A stretch of DNA of 64,000 nt, taken from Macrostomum lignano. Taxonomy: Eukaryota. Shown here piece by piece: positions 35,601 to 47,715 of the stretch. The position numbers were made by a program, and so were the translations under genes. The stretch covers positions 62,001-126,000 of the forward strand of contig NIVC01002662.1 of the NCBI GenBank assembly GCA_002269645.1, in the 5' to 3' direction. The number at the start of each line of letters is the position of its first letter. Position 1 is the first letter of the stretch. The notes beneath the pieces are model-generated. The model was not told where the DNA came from and made no database searches. It was given only the letters and a program-made list of their open reading frames with translations.

Positions 35601-36853
35601 TACCGCCGGAGAGCCTGGTGCTGGCGCAGAAGGTGCATGACTTGTGTTTCGTGAACGGTACACTGCACAGGCTGGTCAACACAAAGCCAGTACCCGTCAT
35701 TCCCCGCTGCCGACAACGCGAATTTGTCGACGAGATTCACAACGTCGGCCACCTGGGCGAAGTCAAGACGCTGGCCAGCCTAAAGACGCGTTGCTACTGG
35801 CCAAAAATGTCGGAGAGCGTCCGGTTGGCCGTTCGGTCATGCCAGGTTTGCCAGCGGGCAAAGACTCCGGTTATCAAGCGGGCGCCGCTACAGTCCATCA
35901 CTGCAGGGTTTCCAATGCAGCGTGTCGGGTTCGACATTGTCAAGGTCGGCGCTTCCAGAAACGGCAACGATCGGATCCTGAGCATCGTCGACTACTTCAG
36001 CAAGTGGACGGAGCTGGTGCCGATTCCGGACGAGAAGGCGACGACAATTGCCAAGGCCCTCTTCAACAACTGGATCTCCAGGTGGGGTGCTCCGCATATT
36101 CTCCACTCCGACCGCGGCAAGAGCATCGATGGCCGCATCATTCGCAGTCTCTGTACACTTTTGGAGGTCGACAAGACTCGGACGTCGGGTTATCATCCTC
36201 AATGTGACGGCCTCGTGGAGAGATTTCATCGGACACTCCATCAGATGTTGCGCTGCCACCTTCAAACTGTCGATCCGCTGGACTGGGAGGATGCCCTGCC
36301 GTACTGTCTCCTAGCCTATCGAAGCAGCATCAGCGCGACGACCGGATTTTCCCCACATTTCCTGATGACGGGCCGGGAGGTGGTTCTGCCATTGGACGTT
36401 GTCTATCGGTCCCCAGAGCCTCCATCCGTCGTCGGCCAGTACGCAGTAGAGACCATTCAACGACTGCAGGACGCCTTTGACGCTGTGCGGAGGTCAACTG
36501 GCGCGGCTCAACGACGGCAGAAGCGGTACTACGATCTGAAAGCCCAGAAGCGCAAGTTTCGCACCGGCGATCTAGTGTGGCTGTTCGTTCCGCCTGCTGT
36601 GCTGTCCAGGACCAACTGTCTGCCTCCGAAGCATCAATCACCGTGGACAGGCCCATTTAAAGTCATGCGCAAGACATCACCTGTCAACTACTTGGTGCGG
36701 CCGATCAATTACACGGACGGGGAGATCAAGGGGCGCGTCGTGCATGTCAACAAGTTGAAGCGAGCGTGTCTGCAACGGACCCAGTCTGCTCAGCGTGCTG
36801 ATCAGGACGCCAGTAGTGACGATGAAGGGCAACTTGTTGACGCTGAGGACTGA
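32618..36853 (+). CDS. Pol polyprotein (PR-RT-RNase H-IN), -1 frame to gag
   Basis: Protease LIDTGA; RT SPWASPIVLV, FCLDYRLLN, MPFGLRNAPATFQ, FIDD; RNase H LDTDAS; integrase H..H..C..C plus D,D35E; no internal stops. Confidence 0.97.
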   Translation: MPKRRGGWFARPAPALSALTHSASTPRLSSCQPGQVRFVTARILRRRRHCLIDTGAEVSCISDDICKKARRRLQPSSIIIRGVDGNLQSVLGETTLAVTLGTVQVHHRFVVLEKLHPTSVILGCDFLSEHDVSVHLQAGCITFNSLGVSIPARKSKEAAQTCKLVSAASVQLQPGERWIIPVKPAKSASWTRSECPGVVTGTRSQGLLVGRCVAKLVERGMGLAVINVDDHTVNISDGDIVGIFSPLGSQPFVQQSGAAGSTAATAAGSTAATATGSTAATATGSTAATAAGSTAATAAGSTAATATGSTAATATGSTAATAAGSTAATAAGSTAATAAGSTAATAAGSTAATAAGSTAATVAVSTATSTTALATDLPRTNWLNDVHIESSISVEEQQSVKDLLLEFSTVFASPGNAGRTAVLQHRIDTGGARPIRQGLRRAARPVIDKQAELIDDMLTKGVIRPSSSPWASPIVLVRKKDGTARFCLDYRLLNEVTKPDAFPIPRIDDTLDALQGNAYFSALDLESGYWQVEVEERDKEKTAFICHQGLFEFNVMPFGLRNAPATFQRLMQLVLQGLTWQACLVFIDDVIVMGRTIEEHNYRLRAVFERLRDANLRLKPSKCHFANTTMIVLGHRVSKSGITVDESKTAAIRDWPTPRTSKEVKSFLGLAAYYRRFIRDYSKIAEPLRRLTVPTERFQWTSKAQEAFDQLKATLTSAPILAFPDTSATSSEFILDTDASDCAIGAVLSQLQAGEERVIAYSSRALTKAERNYCVTRRELLSVVEHVRKFRNYLLPRKFTVRVDHQSLTHLLTFKEPEGQLARWLQTLDEFDFRVLYRPGRQHNNADALSRQQQRCTNQCRVCRPTNETTSRTTSSVACQTDANSDAAAAAQINAATIKLVSTATDEAVQTDNVHVCVGTVPSRRKQIHQPRSDDSEESSSSEDDTNEDESAAPAADNRPPTLRMLQLQDPVISPVFRLLADGKTRFTDRQRDRVPPESLVLAQKVHDLCFVNGTLHRLVNTKPVPVIPRCRQREFVDEIHNVGHLGEVKTLASLKTRCYWPKMSESVRLAVRSCQVCQRAKTPVIKRAPLQSITAGFPMQRVGFDIVKVGASRNGNDRILSIVDYFSKWTELVPIPDEKATTIAKALFNNWISRWGAPHILHSDRGKSIDGRIIRSLCTLLEVDKTRTSGYHPQCDGLVERFHRTLHQMLRCHLQTVDPLDWEDALPYCLLAYRSSISATTGFSPHFLMTGREVVLPLDVVYRSPEPPSVVGQYAVETIQRLQDAFDAVRRSTGAAQRRQKRYYDLKAQKRKFRTGDLVWLFVPPAVLSRTNCLPPKHQSPWTGPFKVMRKTSPVNYLVRPINYTDGEIKGRVVHVNKLKRACLQRTQSAQRADQDASSDDEGQLVDAED
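33390..33715 (+). repeat. In-frame 24-bp coding minisatellite within pol
   Basis: 13 units of (G/A)CTGGCAGCACGGCGGCGACGGCC encoding (A/T)GSTAATA. Confidence 0.97.
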
Positions 36854-37109
36854 CTAACGCACGTTGAGGACTGACTGACTGGTTGTAGCCAGCAGTTTTG
36901 CTTTATAGGTCGTAGGTCTAGAACTTTTTAATAGCGTCTATCTATTAGCTTAGTAATCCTGATTTAGATTTAATTGTTCGAAACCCGGTTATCTCGAATT
37001 GTTCTATTTGCTACAGCTGGTTCTGTTCTTCCCTATTGGAGTAGCTTTCATCTGTCGTTTCCACCCCTTGGGTTTAATGAGGACATTAAACTGTTGAAAG
37101 GGGAGCTTT

Positions 37110-37446
37110 TGTAATAGTGCTCAATTTGCGTGCGCGTGCACTTCTAGTGTTTTCTCCGTATTTCTTTCTGCGTCACCCCACCCCTGCGTATAGCCTTTTC
37201 TAGAAATTTCTTTTTGTTTCTGATTGGCTGAAAACGCGTGAATAACGAGCCCCAACCAATAGAGTGCTTAGTGCCTACCCTATCGACGAAATCCGATTGG
37301 TTAGGATTTTCTAAGCTGCGTTTTTCACCCTGCCCTCCCCCATCGCGGTCAGTCTATTTAATCAAGCAAGCTGGAACGCAAATAAATCAAGTTTTTCTCT
37401 GACTAAAGAAGTCCCGGCAGTTCAAACTCAAGAATACGCGGCTACA
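37110..37446 (+). repeat. 3' LTR
   Basis: No differences from 31190-31526 seen on base-by-base reading. Confidence 0.97.
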
Positions 37447-39258
37447 GTGTTGTCACTAACTGATATAATTATTATTTAATTAAAAGGCATCAGCCATCAC
37501 TAAGTACCTTCCTGATTTCCCTAGCCTGCCCTCTCTCTTCAGTCAAGTTAAGATCGTTTTGTATAGGCCTAGGCTTCACAATTTTCTAAATTTGGCCTAC
37601 TGGGCTTAATTGTGCCTCTATATCTATAACAAACTTGTTTTATAGGCCTAAAACTAATTTAACAAGGCCTTAAATATTATTATATCTTTGACTTTGTCTA
37701 GACTAGAGGCCTAAATTGAATATGAATCTACCTCTATTTACTGGTGAATATCGAAGAAAACCAGTCCAGTCCCTTGGTGGAGCTTCAAAATCAGTAAGTA
37801 AACTTTATAACATGGATTTTTTTAATTAGGCTAACTTATTTTAAATATAGGCATAGCTTAGTGTTTTCCTAAAATGAAATTTTTGTACAAAATCCTAGAC
37901 ACATTCTATGCATGCTTACAAAAACTTGCACATTTAGTATGCATATTTCTGGCAAACTTGTGCAACTCTAAAAGGTTTATGTGTATGTAGCTTTTATTTG
38001 TTCAAAAATATATGATTTCATTTGAAAATATTTGCAATTCAAAAGGCAATATGTATGCTAGGATAGTAACAGGCATTTTAATAAGAGCCACTTCAGTAAC
38101 AAGTAAGAATAATATAGTATGTATTAATTGATATGCTCTGAAAGAATGTATGAACAAACTTTAAAGAAAGAATAACAAAACACATGCGTACCTGCATATG
38201 TTTAACTCTTTTAACAGTGTTTAACCAATCTATTTTAATTTCCAGATGAGTCAGAAACATGCACCCAAGACATCCTATAATTGACCAAATATTGTACATT
38301 GTATACATTAAAATCTCTAATCTAGTTAGCAAATAGCAACTTAAAAGTACATAATCTACTTTTTTGTTCATTAATTAAAAGTTTCAATTTTAATCAATGC
38401 GTAGTATATACAAGCTTGAGCTTTGCTTAATTTTTTGCCTTCAATTTTTTTACAAAGTTAACACACAATTTTAAACCAATTATAATACAGTTAAACCCAA
38501 AAGTTTAATTGTATTTATATGGCAATAAGATATTTGAAAAGTTTATTTTTAAACTAGTTATTGCTAAACCTAATTATCATAAAGTGTTGAAAGTTGTAAA
38601 TCTGCTTTGTTATTAAAGTGGCTATTACCAAAGTAGTCATTTTTTGTTACCAAAGTGGCTTTTACTGAAATATCTGTTACCAAAGTAGATTGTATTCATG
38701 CTGGGATTTCCCAGTGTACAGCCTATAGTCCAGATTATGCCAGATCAGAGGGTCACAGTGCAACTCTTAGTACTTCTCTCTGGATTTCTCTCCAACTTTC
38801 TCTCTTAGCAAATATTTCCAAACTGCTCTTCAACTTTGAAAAATGAATAACTCTTTAACTCGAAAGCTCTAAGAATGTATAGGTTGAACTACTAAATAAG
38901 TTGCTTGCAAACAGTTGCTCACAGAAGACAGATAGCCAGTTGAGTTTATTTGACAGTGGTTTTGCTCTTATATATACATAAATTTTCCTGATACAAATAT
39001 AACAATTTATTTTGTGCATTAAAACAAAAAGTATCTAGTATTTTGTGCAGATTTAGTTTCCTAGAAAACATACAATATTCAAGCACTATTACAAATGCAT
39101 TAATTCATAGAGCCCTACTACGTCTTCTCTATACTAATAAAAAGTAATAAAAATATTTTTAGAATTTTTTTTCAGAACAACAGAGCATATAGCATATTAT
39201 GAGCATTGATAGAACCACTTGTATTATGATAGGTCTATTTAAAACACAAGCATAATAT

Positions 39259-40047
39259 CAGTGTTGGACACAATACTTTAAAAATTATCATTTTAAAGCA
39301 ATACTCTGATACCAATACTCTAAAAGGTATTGGCGATATTTGTTGGTCCAATACCAAAATTTGAGTATTGCGCGATACTTTATTCTAATACTTAGTCCAA
39401 TGTATCATTTTTTGCATTTTCTCACTTTTCTGCATCTATCAAGCCAAAAATGAAGAAAAAGCTCTTAGCTACTTAATTTAAGCCTTAATTTATTCTTTAA
39501 CTTAAGCCAGGAATAGTATAGTATAGTTTGAATTGAATGATAGGATAGGATAGTTGCTAGTACAATTAAAAACTCACTAGTCACTACCAGTACCACTAGG
39601 CCCTAAGTAAATTTAAAGTTTATAAATATAAAGTATTAAAGTCTTATAAGTTATAATAGAAGGCCTACAACTTAAGAAAAAAATTCAGAAATAAATTCAG
39701 GCAGTAGTTTTAGTTGTAGTTATTACTAACTTAACTAACTAGTTAGTCATAGCCAAAGTCATTGACTCATCAGTCTAATGTCTAATATTTTTATATGTAG
39801 TTGTAGAATAAAATTGATCAAAATTGAAATTTAAAAGTGTTTATATAATAAATAATAAGTAAATTATGTGATTAGCATATTTTTTAATTATCTTTTTGTA
39901 TTTAAATGTATTGGATTATCAGACTTAAGAAAATGTATTGGCAATACCAAGGTCCAATACTGAGAAAAAAAGTAACAAGGTCTGATACTCAAATGGTATT
40001 GGCAATACTAATGGGGTATCGGAGTATTGGACCTGTGCCCAACATTG
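39259..40047. mobile_element. Non-autonomous hAT-like element
   Basis: TIR CAGTGTTGGACACA / TGTGCCCAACATTG; exact 8-bp TSD CATAATAT (39251-39258, 40048-40055); subterminal GTATTGG/CCAATAC repeats. Confidence 0.85.
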
Positions 40048-40908
40048 CATAATATGTATAATGCAAAAATTATTACTAATAATTACACAATAGATAAATT
40101 GTTGGTTTGGCATACAAAGTATTTATTTAATTTTCATTATTTAAATAGTTGGTAGAACAGTTCTAGTAGGCCATGGCCTAACCATCCATACCCTGTTGTT
40201 AATTGCTACTTGTTCATCATTGGCCAAGGCATCAGCATCTCACAATCAGTGATATAATTTGGTATTGATATTGAGTATTATTGACCAACAAACTTAGCAA
40301 TGTTTCAGAATTGTAAGCCTTGAAATATGCCTTGGTAGTTGATTTTGGTAAGATAGGTACACTATAGCCATGAGCCATCAACTCTAGCTATTAGGTCAGC
40401 TTGGAATAAGAAAAATGTAGTATTTTTAATTAGCATCAATCAAATACACTTAATAGTGATATCATTGCCATTTATTCCAGTTACTTTATCACCTGAGCTT
40501 AAAAGACTTGATAGAATTGCCTATGGCCATTTTTCAATTGCCAAAGTAACTGAGTTAAATGAGGCCAAATGTTCTAAGATTGTGGCAGTTGAATTAGCAC
40601 ACATAGGACTATAGATGCTCTTATCAATAATATGTCAGTAGCTTACATTGCTTGTATTGCATAGTAGACTTTCTAGTTTCAGCTGCTCTAAATGCCGCAG
40701 TTAACTTTGAAACTAAAAATTTAAAAAGTTTAAGCTTTCAAAATTTTGATATTTGCTATGCAATATATAAGCTTATATTACTTGTATATAATATTAATAC
40801 CACAGCTAATTTGCTAATTTGCTAATTTGCTAATTAATCTTTAATTATTAATGTATAACCATTGAATGTTTAAAAAACTGGCTCTATCATATATTAGGTA
40901 TACATGTA

Positions 40909-42651
40909 CAAGGGGTGTCCAAAAAGTGGTGATACTTTTGCTCGTATAGCTTTACTGTATACTTGAAAATAGTTTGGTGTTGTTGGAGGGCGGAACATGT
41001 CAGCTTTAATTTGACTACAAACATTTAACAAAAAACACAACCTATAACAAAGTTATGGATAGAAACACACAACAAGGTCGACCATAGAGTTACAATGAAT
41101 TTGTGCATGGTGCAACAGGTCAAGAAGTTACAACAGTTAGTATGCCTCATCATCATCAGGGAGGGAAGCTTTCTCGACATAATTGCCCATCAATTGCACG
41201 CACTTCTCCCAGCGACAAAACAAGCAATAAATCACATCTGCATAGATCTGTCGTGGAACCACATGCAGAAGTACTCTGCGGACTTCCTGTTCCAGATGAT
41301 CACGGTTGGCATGTGGACATGGCCCCTCAGGTGGCGCTTCAATTGAGGGAAAAGGGCAAAATCCGCAGGTGCCAGATCTGGCGAATTTGGCGGATGAGGC
41401 AGAAGGTCAAACTTTAGCTTTTTGATGGCCTCCATTGTTTGGCCAGCAGTATGCGACTGGGCATTGTCATGATGCAAGATGATTGGCTTGACTCCTGAGC
41501 ACCGCTTGTTTTGGATGTCTTGCAAGGCTTGCAAGGAGAGATGAATAACGGTCTGTGTTGATCGTTGTATTCGGCTCCAGGAAGTCAATGGTAATTGGGC
41601 CATTACAGTCAAAGAAAACTGACAGCATGATTTTCTTATAGTGAGTTTCATGGCGAGCCTTGAGTGGTGGGTCAGAACCCTTGAGTGCCCACACTTTAGA
41701 CTCTTGCTTTATTGACGGGTCAAAATGTGGAACCCACGTCTCGTCGCCAGTAACAATCAACTGGCAGAACTGATTCCAGCCACCGCGTTGACTCACCAGA
41801 TTCAAGTTGCTTTGGCATGTCTGCTGGCGCTGCAGTCGCATATTAGCAGTGAGGAGCTTTGGGACTCAGCGGGCGCTTAGCTTAGCAAAGTTCATGTTGG
41901 TCAGGCAGAGATGGACTGTTGATCGTGGGTTGTCGAGTCTGTCAGCAATCTCACAAATTGTCAATCTGCAGTCTTCTTCCAGAAGATCAAGAATCTGGTC
42001 AGCCAAAGCCTTTAAGCTTTGTGCGGATGGCCTTCCTGACCTTGGCAAGTCAGCCAAATTTGTTCTTCCTGACTCAAATTGCTCGACCCATCGGTACACC
42101 GTCATGCAACTTACTGCTTCGGCTCCATGAATGCTTCACAGATGATGGTAAATCTCCTGTCCACTTTTTCCGATACTCCATAGGGTGTGAATTGCGTGTC
42201 GCTGTCCTTCCTTTGAGTGCACATCCATAACTGTCAGCTGAACAAAATCTGGTCTTGAAAAAGCAAGCGCTTGAGAAAGAAGAATGAAGCAAGCTGGCAG
42301 TGCAAAGAAGACTTAGCCATAATTTTACCACAGACAAAACAGCACCACTCGAACGCTTATAAAATGCTCGTAACAGAGAATATTGAGCGCTCAATATTCT
42401 CTGGCTGCTCGATATTCTCCGGCTCGTAAAAACTCAGCAAGATCTACCATACAGTTTTTTTTGTAAGCCTATGGGCCATCCTTGCTCAAATAGACAGTGA
42501 TAACTTTCTTTAAAAACAACATACAAGGTTGATTTTTCAGTCAAATTAAAGCTGATGTTTTCCGCTTTTCAACAGCACCAAACTTGCTGATTTTCAAGCA
42601 TGCAGTAAAGCTATACAAGCAAAAGTATCACTGCTTTTTGGACACCCCTCG
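40909..42651 (-). mobile_element. Decayed mariner DNA transposon with long imperfect TIRs
   Basis: TA on both flanks; TIR C(A/G)AGGGGTGTCCAAAAAG.. similar over at least 110 bp; internal transposase remnant. Confidence 0.92.
41137..42228 (-). pseudogene. Mariner D,D34D transposase pseudogene
   Basis: TVYRWVEQF, RSGRPS, (W)VPKLL, IVTGDETW, HHDNA, HPPNSPDLAPADF (34 residues between D2 and D3), RWEKCV..GNYVEK; two in-frame stops and about two frameshifts. Confidence 0.92.
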
Positions 42652-44511
42652 TACATATTACATGTTAAATATAAAGTAAGAATACTAAAAATTGATACAA
42701 GTCCTCAAAATAAGCTATAAAAGTATGCAAATCAATTACACTTAAATAATTATTTAAAACCTATTTAAAACTTTATATTATAGTTTTATTGTAATATAAT
42801 AAATCAACTAATAGTAGGATATAATTAAAACTTTGTTATTTATCAAGCTAATATCAAGGTAAAGGGCCATTTACTAATCTTAATTATATATTTGCCTTCT
42901 TAGGCTAAAGCCATTAGATTAGTAACATACCTGGCCAACCCAGCCAATTCAGCCAGGTGGCAAGAGGTCTGGCCAAGGTAAGTCACAAAAACAACAACCC
43001 AAAAAATACAGATTTAGTACTTATTAGATGACGAGGAATTAGCCCTAATAATATAGTTATAGTTACTCCTACCATTTACCCAAAATTATGTTAATTTTTG
43101 CTTTAGGGTTTCTTTTATAGGTAAGTCACATTTTTGGTCAAAAAGTAAGTTGCATGGCTGGTTGAAATTTCGAAGTTGGGCATGAATGGTTAGTAATCTT
43201 AAGAAATAAATTTGCTAAGTAAACACTTTTTATAGTTATTTATATATAGCTTCTTAATTATTTGCATGTTATTTTATTGACATGATTTTTGCTAGCATAT
43301 CAAATTTCAACTCAATATTTGCTCTGTCTTCTTTATAAATAACTTATGACCAAACCTCACTTTAAGCCTCTGACTTGAAATGGAGAAGTTCAGCTCAGAC
43401 AGTATGTGTTTTTATATTAATGCAAGTTCAACATGGAAAAAATATGACAAAAATCTATTGTGACTTAGCACAGGTTGTAAGTGACTAAGCATTACTAGTA
43501 CTAGTAGAAGCTGCCTCAGAAACGACCCTTGATCTAGAAGGTCCAACTCTGCTATGCCCAAGAATGCTTAGTGCTTTTTTAGAATATTGGGTCCTATTGC
43601 TATTGTTATAGTGCCCAAAGGTCAAAATATGAATGCTAGCTTCTATAGCACTGCCTTGCCTTCTATTGTTGATTCCTTCTGAGAGAAATGGCCTAGTAGT
43701 ACTCTGGCCTAGTTGCTGCTGCATTCATTGGCTAGTCCTTATCTGGGATTTGTGTCACCAATGTTGGCACCACAGCCTGCAACTGCTGGATCCGCTCAAT
43801 AGGGGTGCTCACTATGTGCAAGGTTCTTGAGGTGCATGGCTAAACCTTATGCTTCATTGGTGGCTAAGTGGCCATGCTTCTGGATGGTGCCTGTTTGGCC
43901 TCCTGGCCGTCCTGGGCCACCTTTGCCTTGAGTTGGCGGTTGAGGTGTTCCTGTGCCAATGGCCTTGTGTTGTGGGCCTGTTTTGCTATTTCACTAGTGA
44001 TTTTATCCATGTTTAGACACTGGACATTGGCTGTACTTATGCCCTTCTGGGTGCAGATATGGCAAACTTCTGTTTTGGCCTGCGCGAGTATGGCATGAAG
44101 CAGCTCAAATTTCTTTGTGGCATACCATAACTCACTGTCCCAATCGTCGGGAAGTGCTAGCAGGTTGGTTATCCTGTTAGAAAGGAAAGCTACTAGAGTT
44201 CTTAAAGGCACCCAAAGGAGGTGGACCCTTGCAAATTTAATTGGATAATAAAATTCAATCTGCTTATTTAGACTTAACCTACTTTAACTACATTTAATGG
44301 AAGCTGTTAGAATAATAGAATTTACATATACACTCATCTGTCAATCATATAGATGATTGATAGAATATCTTTGTTAAAGTAGTATGTGTCTAATACAGTA
44401 ATTAAAGTATATTATGCTAAAAACAACTAAGAAAAGTCTCTTGTTAATCATTATTAAGAAGTTTTGCATGAACTTAAATAGTGAAATAACTTTGTAACCT
44501 CCCTGCAATCT

Positions 44512-44632
44512 GATGCGTGCCTGCTCAGGGGAGTCAGTGGAATGAGCAGTAAGGCCTCTTGCCAGTTGTGGGACAATGTCGCTTAAAGTGCGCCAAGGTT
44601 GCACGCAGCCCCTTGCGTCTAATATAAAAAAA
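44512..44632 (+). mobile_element. 5'-truncated, diverged SINE 3' end
   Basis: TGCCTGCTCAGGGGAGTC..GTCGCTTAAAGTGCGCCA..TCTAATATAAAAAAA matches the 3' third of the SINE. Confidence 0.75.
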
Positions 44633-45370
44633 CAAGATATGACATCAACAGCATTGGCTAAAAAAGTAAAAGAACTGCATATAATCACACTTATAGTGGG
44701 TCTTTTTTTAGTGGATGATATCATAGGGTAGATGAAATCTTGTCTCTACTAATGACAGTAGCATGGCACGGACGTGTCTTAACACTCGTAGATTTATTGT
44801 TTTTTTATATAAAAAAATCGTCTAGCAAACAATAAATCGGTTCTTTTTCGCAGCTGTTGCCGCAATGAATTCAGCAATCAGTCTGCAAACCTGCAAAGCT
44901 TTTACTTTGACGACAAGTTTGGTAATCTTATTTCTGAGAGGGGAGGAGGAGGCACTGGGCATAGTTTTTTTCGGCTTGAAATTTGTTTTGGACAGTCAGA
45001 AAATTTATTTCCCCCAACGTGGTGCTCCCTCTGTCCTGTCTGAGAACACGGCTCACCTTTTCGTCCCTGAGCAAAGGCTTGTATTTTTCTGTTATTTACA
45101 CACGCCGGCACATGGTATGCAAATCCTGCAGTGCAGAAAACACTGCATATAGGCTGACTTCCTTCTCTTGATTTTGGTGACTGACTGAGTAAGTTTGTAC
45201 GCAATTGTAGCATGTGTGCGTTACCCTACCCTGCCCTAATCCCTCAATGTGCTGCTTTAAATATTCTAGCAGAAAATCAGAACTGAACTTCTGTTGCTTA
45301 AAGCTTAAAATAAATTTCATTCTCACATTGCTGTCCTTGGCCTAATTCATACCTAGTGTAAGATAACGTT

Positions 45371-45421
45371 ATGTACGGAGGTTACGTTACCGATTTTAAA
45401 GGTCTACCCGCCTATGACGAT
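45371..45421 (+). CDS. UBE3C: UBE3C-like HECT E3 ligase, exon 1
   Basis: MYGGYVTDFKGLPAYDD|GTAAGA; DFK resembles UBE3C N-terminal GDFK; phase 0 fits exon 2. Confidence 0.55.
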
Positions 45422-45533
45422 GTAAGAATTCTTTAGATGCATAGGCTAGGATATTTTATGATTGATTTTTTGTAAAATAATCTTTTTCTTGTGTTATTTG
45501 AAATTCTAATTTAATTATTTCTTAATTTAACAG

Positions 45534-45587
45534 GACACAAAGAATGACTTGCTGGAGAAGAGTCGGAAACAACGACTTCTTAGAGAG
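45534..45587 (+). CDS. UBE3C: UBE3C-like, exon 2
   Basis: AACAG|DTKNDLLEKSRKQRLLRE|GTGAGG parallels UBE3C KASLLHRTQEERRKRE. Confidence 0.75.
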
Positions 45588-45671
45588 GTGAGGTTTGTTG
45601 AGTTGATTTTCGATACATATCGGTAACGACTAACTTATTCATTAAATGGAGCTAAGAAACTAAATAAAACA

Positions 45672-46312
45672 ATTTATAGTGGTCCTTAAGCACTTCATAC
45701 TACAGCAATTTGTAGTGGTCCTTGAGCACTCCATACTAGAGCAATTTGTAGTGGTCCTTGAGCACTCCATACTAGAGCACTTTTTAGGTGTCCTTGAGCA
45801 CTCCATACTAGAGCAGCTTGTAGTGGTCCTTGAGCACTCCATACTAGAGCAATTTGTAGTGGTCCTTGAGCACTCCATACTACAGCAATTTGTAGTGGTC
45901 CTTGAGCACTCCATACTAGAGCAGCTTGTAGTGGTCCTTGAGCACTCCATACTAGAGCAGCTTGTAGTGGTCCTTGAGCACTCCATACTACAGCAATTTG
46001 TAGTGGTCCTTGAGCACTCCATACTACAGCAATTTGTAGTGGTCCTTGAGCACTCCATACTAGAGCAATTTGTAGTGGTCCTTGAGCACTCCCTACTAGA
46101 GCACTTTTTAGGTGTCCTTGAGCACTCCATACTAGAGCAGCTTGTAGTGGTCCTTGAGCACTCCATACTAGAGCAGCTTGTAGTGGTCCTTGAGCACTCC
46201 ATACTAGAGCAGCTTGTAGTGGTCCTTGAGCACTCCATACTACAGCAATTTGTAGTGGTCCTTGAGCACTCCATACTAGAGCAGCTTGTAGTGGTCCTTG
46301 AGCACTCCATAC
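45672..46312. repeat. Minisatellite, 36-bp unit, intron 2
   Basis: Tandem GTAGTGGTCCTTGAGCACTCCATACTAGAGCAGCTT. Confidence 0.97.
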
Positions 46313-46344
46313 TATATCATTTTGGGGGGAATTTCGGATTGCAG

Positions 46345-46575
46345 CACCGCCGCCAAGAGGAGGAAGCGGCCACCAGAATCCAAGCTTTCTACCGTGGCAG
46401 CCAGAGCCGTCGACTCACTCAAAATCTCACTCGACAACGATTTGATGAACTCGCCGCGGCCGCTGCCAGCGTTCTGGACAACAGCAGCGGCGATGCCGGA
46501 GTCAGGGACAACTTTCTGCTGCTGGCTAAGTGCCTGAATAATTTTTATTTGCCTCATCTGGATGGCGATAGGATT
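46345..46575 (+). CDS. UBE3C: UBE3C-like, exon 3 (IQ motif)
   Basis: TTGCAG|HRRQEEEAATRIQAFYRGSQSRR...DGDRI|GTGAGT. Confidence 0.85.
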
Positions 46576-46605
46576 GTGAGTATCTTGATTGCTGCTTGTG
46601 ACCTG

Positions 46606-47362
46606 TTTCTCACTGCGGTGTCACCTGTGATCACCGGTTTCTCACTGTGGTGTCACCTGTGTGATCACCGGTTTCTCACCGCGGTGTCACCTGTGATCAC
46701 CGGTTTCTCACTGTGGTGTTACCCCTGTGGGATCACCGGTTTCTCACTGCGGTGTCACCTGTGTGATCACCGGTTTCTCACTGTGGTGTCACCCCTGTGT
46801 GTTCACCGGTTTCTCACTGCGGTGTCACCCCTGTGTGATCACCGGTTTCTCACTGCGGTGTCACCCCTGTGTGATCACCGGTTTCTCACTGTGGTGTCAC
46901 CCCTGTGTGATCACCGGTTTCTCACTCCAGTGTCACCTGTGATCACCGGTTTCTCACTGCAGTGTCACCTATGATCACCGGTTTCTCACTGCGGTGTCAC
47001 CTATGTGATCACCGGTTTCTCACTGCAGTGTCACCCCTGTGTGATCACCGGTTTCTCACTGCGGTGTCACCTGTGTGATCACAGGTTTCTCACTGTGGTA
47101 TCACCTGTGTGATCACCGGTTTCTCACTGCAGTGTCACCCCTGTGTGATCACCGGTTTCTCACTGCGGTGTCACCTGTGTGATCACAGGTTTCTCACTGT
47201 GGTATCACCTGTGTGATCACCGGTTTCTCACTGCAGTGTCACCCCTGTGTGATCACCGGTTTCTCACTGCGGTGTCACATGTGATCACCGGTTTCTCACT
47301 GCGGTGTCACCTGTGTGATCACAGGTTTCTCACTGTGGTATCACCTGTGTGATCACCGCTTT
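46606..47362. repeat. Minisatellite, 32-36-bp unit, intron 3
   Basis: Tandem GTGATCACCGGTTTCTCACTGCGGTGTCACC(CC)TGT. Confidence 0.96.
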
Positions 47363-47406
47363 CCCACGCGGTCACAACTATTCAATCCTGCCAACCTTTA
47401 TTTCAG

Positions 47407-47714
47407 GTGCACCTCTGCTCCCTATACGTGAAGCACCACCGGGCCATCAGCTCTTTTGCTGCCCAGCGTCCTCCATCTTCCGCTTCCTCATCAGTCGGCC
47501 TCGATTTGGACTCATTCGCCCTGGGCAAATTCCTTGGCAACTCGCTGGCGCACCTGTCTCGGCTGGACCAGCACGCAGACAGCCGAATGTACGCCGGGCC
47601 TCTGCGGGTGCTCGAGCTGGCGCTGCAGGGCGGCGGGGGTGTCTCCCCGGCGCTGCGGCAGTACCTGGCTAGCAAAGGCTACTTCAGGCACCTGCTGGCC
47701 TTCATTGTGACCAG
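47407..47714 (+). CDS. UBE3C: UBE3C-like, exon 4
   Basis: TTTCAG|VHLCSLYVKH...LLAFIVT; donor AG|GTGACA; phases 0 to 2. Confidence 0.75.
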
Positions 47715-47715
47715 G

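Larger units (their letters stand above)
31190..37446 (+). mobile_element. Full-length intact Ty3/Gypsy LTR retrotransposon
   Basis: Identical 337-bp LTRs; 4-bp TSD GTGT; PBS TGGCGACCACG at 31528; PPT GAAAGGGGAG 37096-37105; gag plus pol in PR-RT-RH-IN order. Confidence 0.98.

Noticed and set aside
32962-36656. Numerous antisense and off-frame ORFs inside the Gypsy pol
   Set aside because: Shadows of GC-rich coding sequence; no env-like or extra gene evident
43480-44220. Coding-like CpG-depleted segment (115-aa ORF)
   Set aside because: No recognisable motif or termini; probably an old TE fragment but cannot be supported
45679-46344. 431-aa ORF 45679-46974 with LEHSILEQ repeats, and its antisense ORF
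   Set aside because: The 36-bp unit is simply a multiple of 3; only 46345-46575 is an exon, bounded by AG/GT
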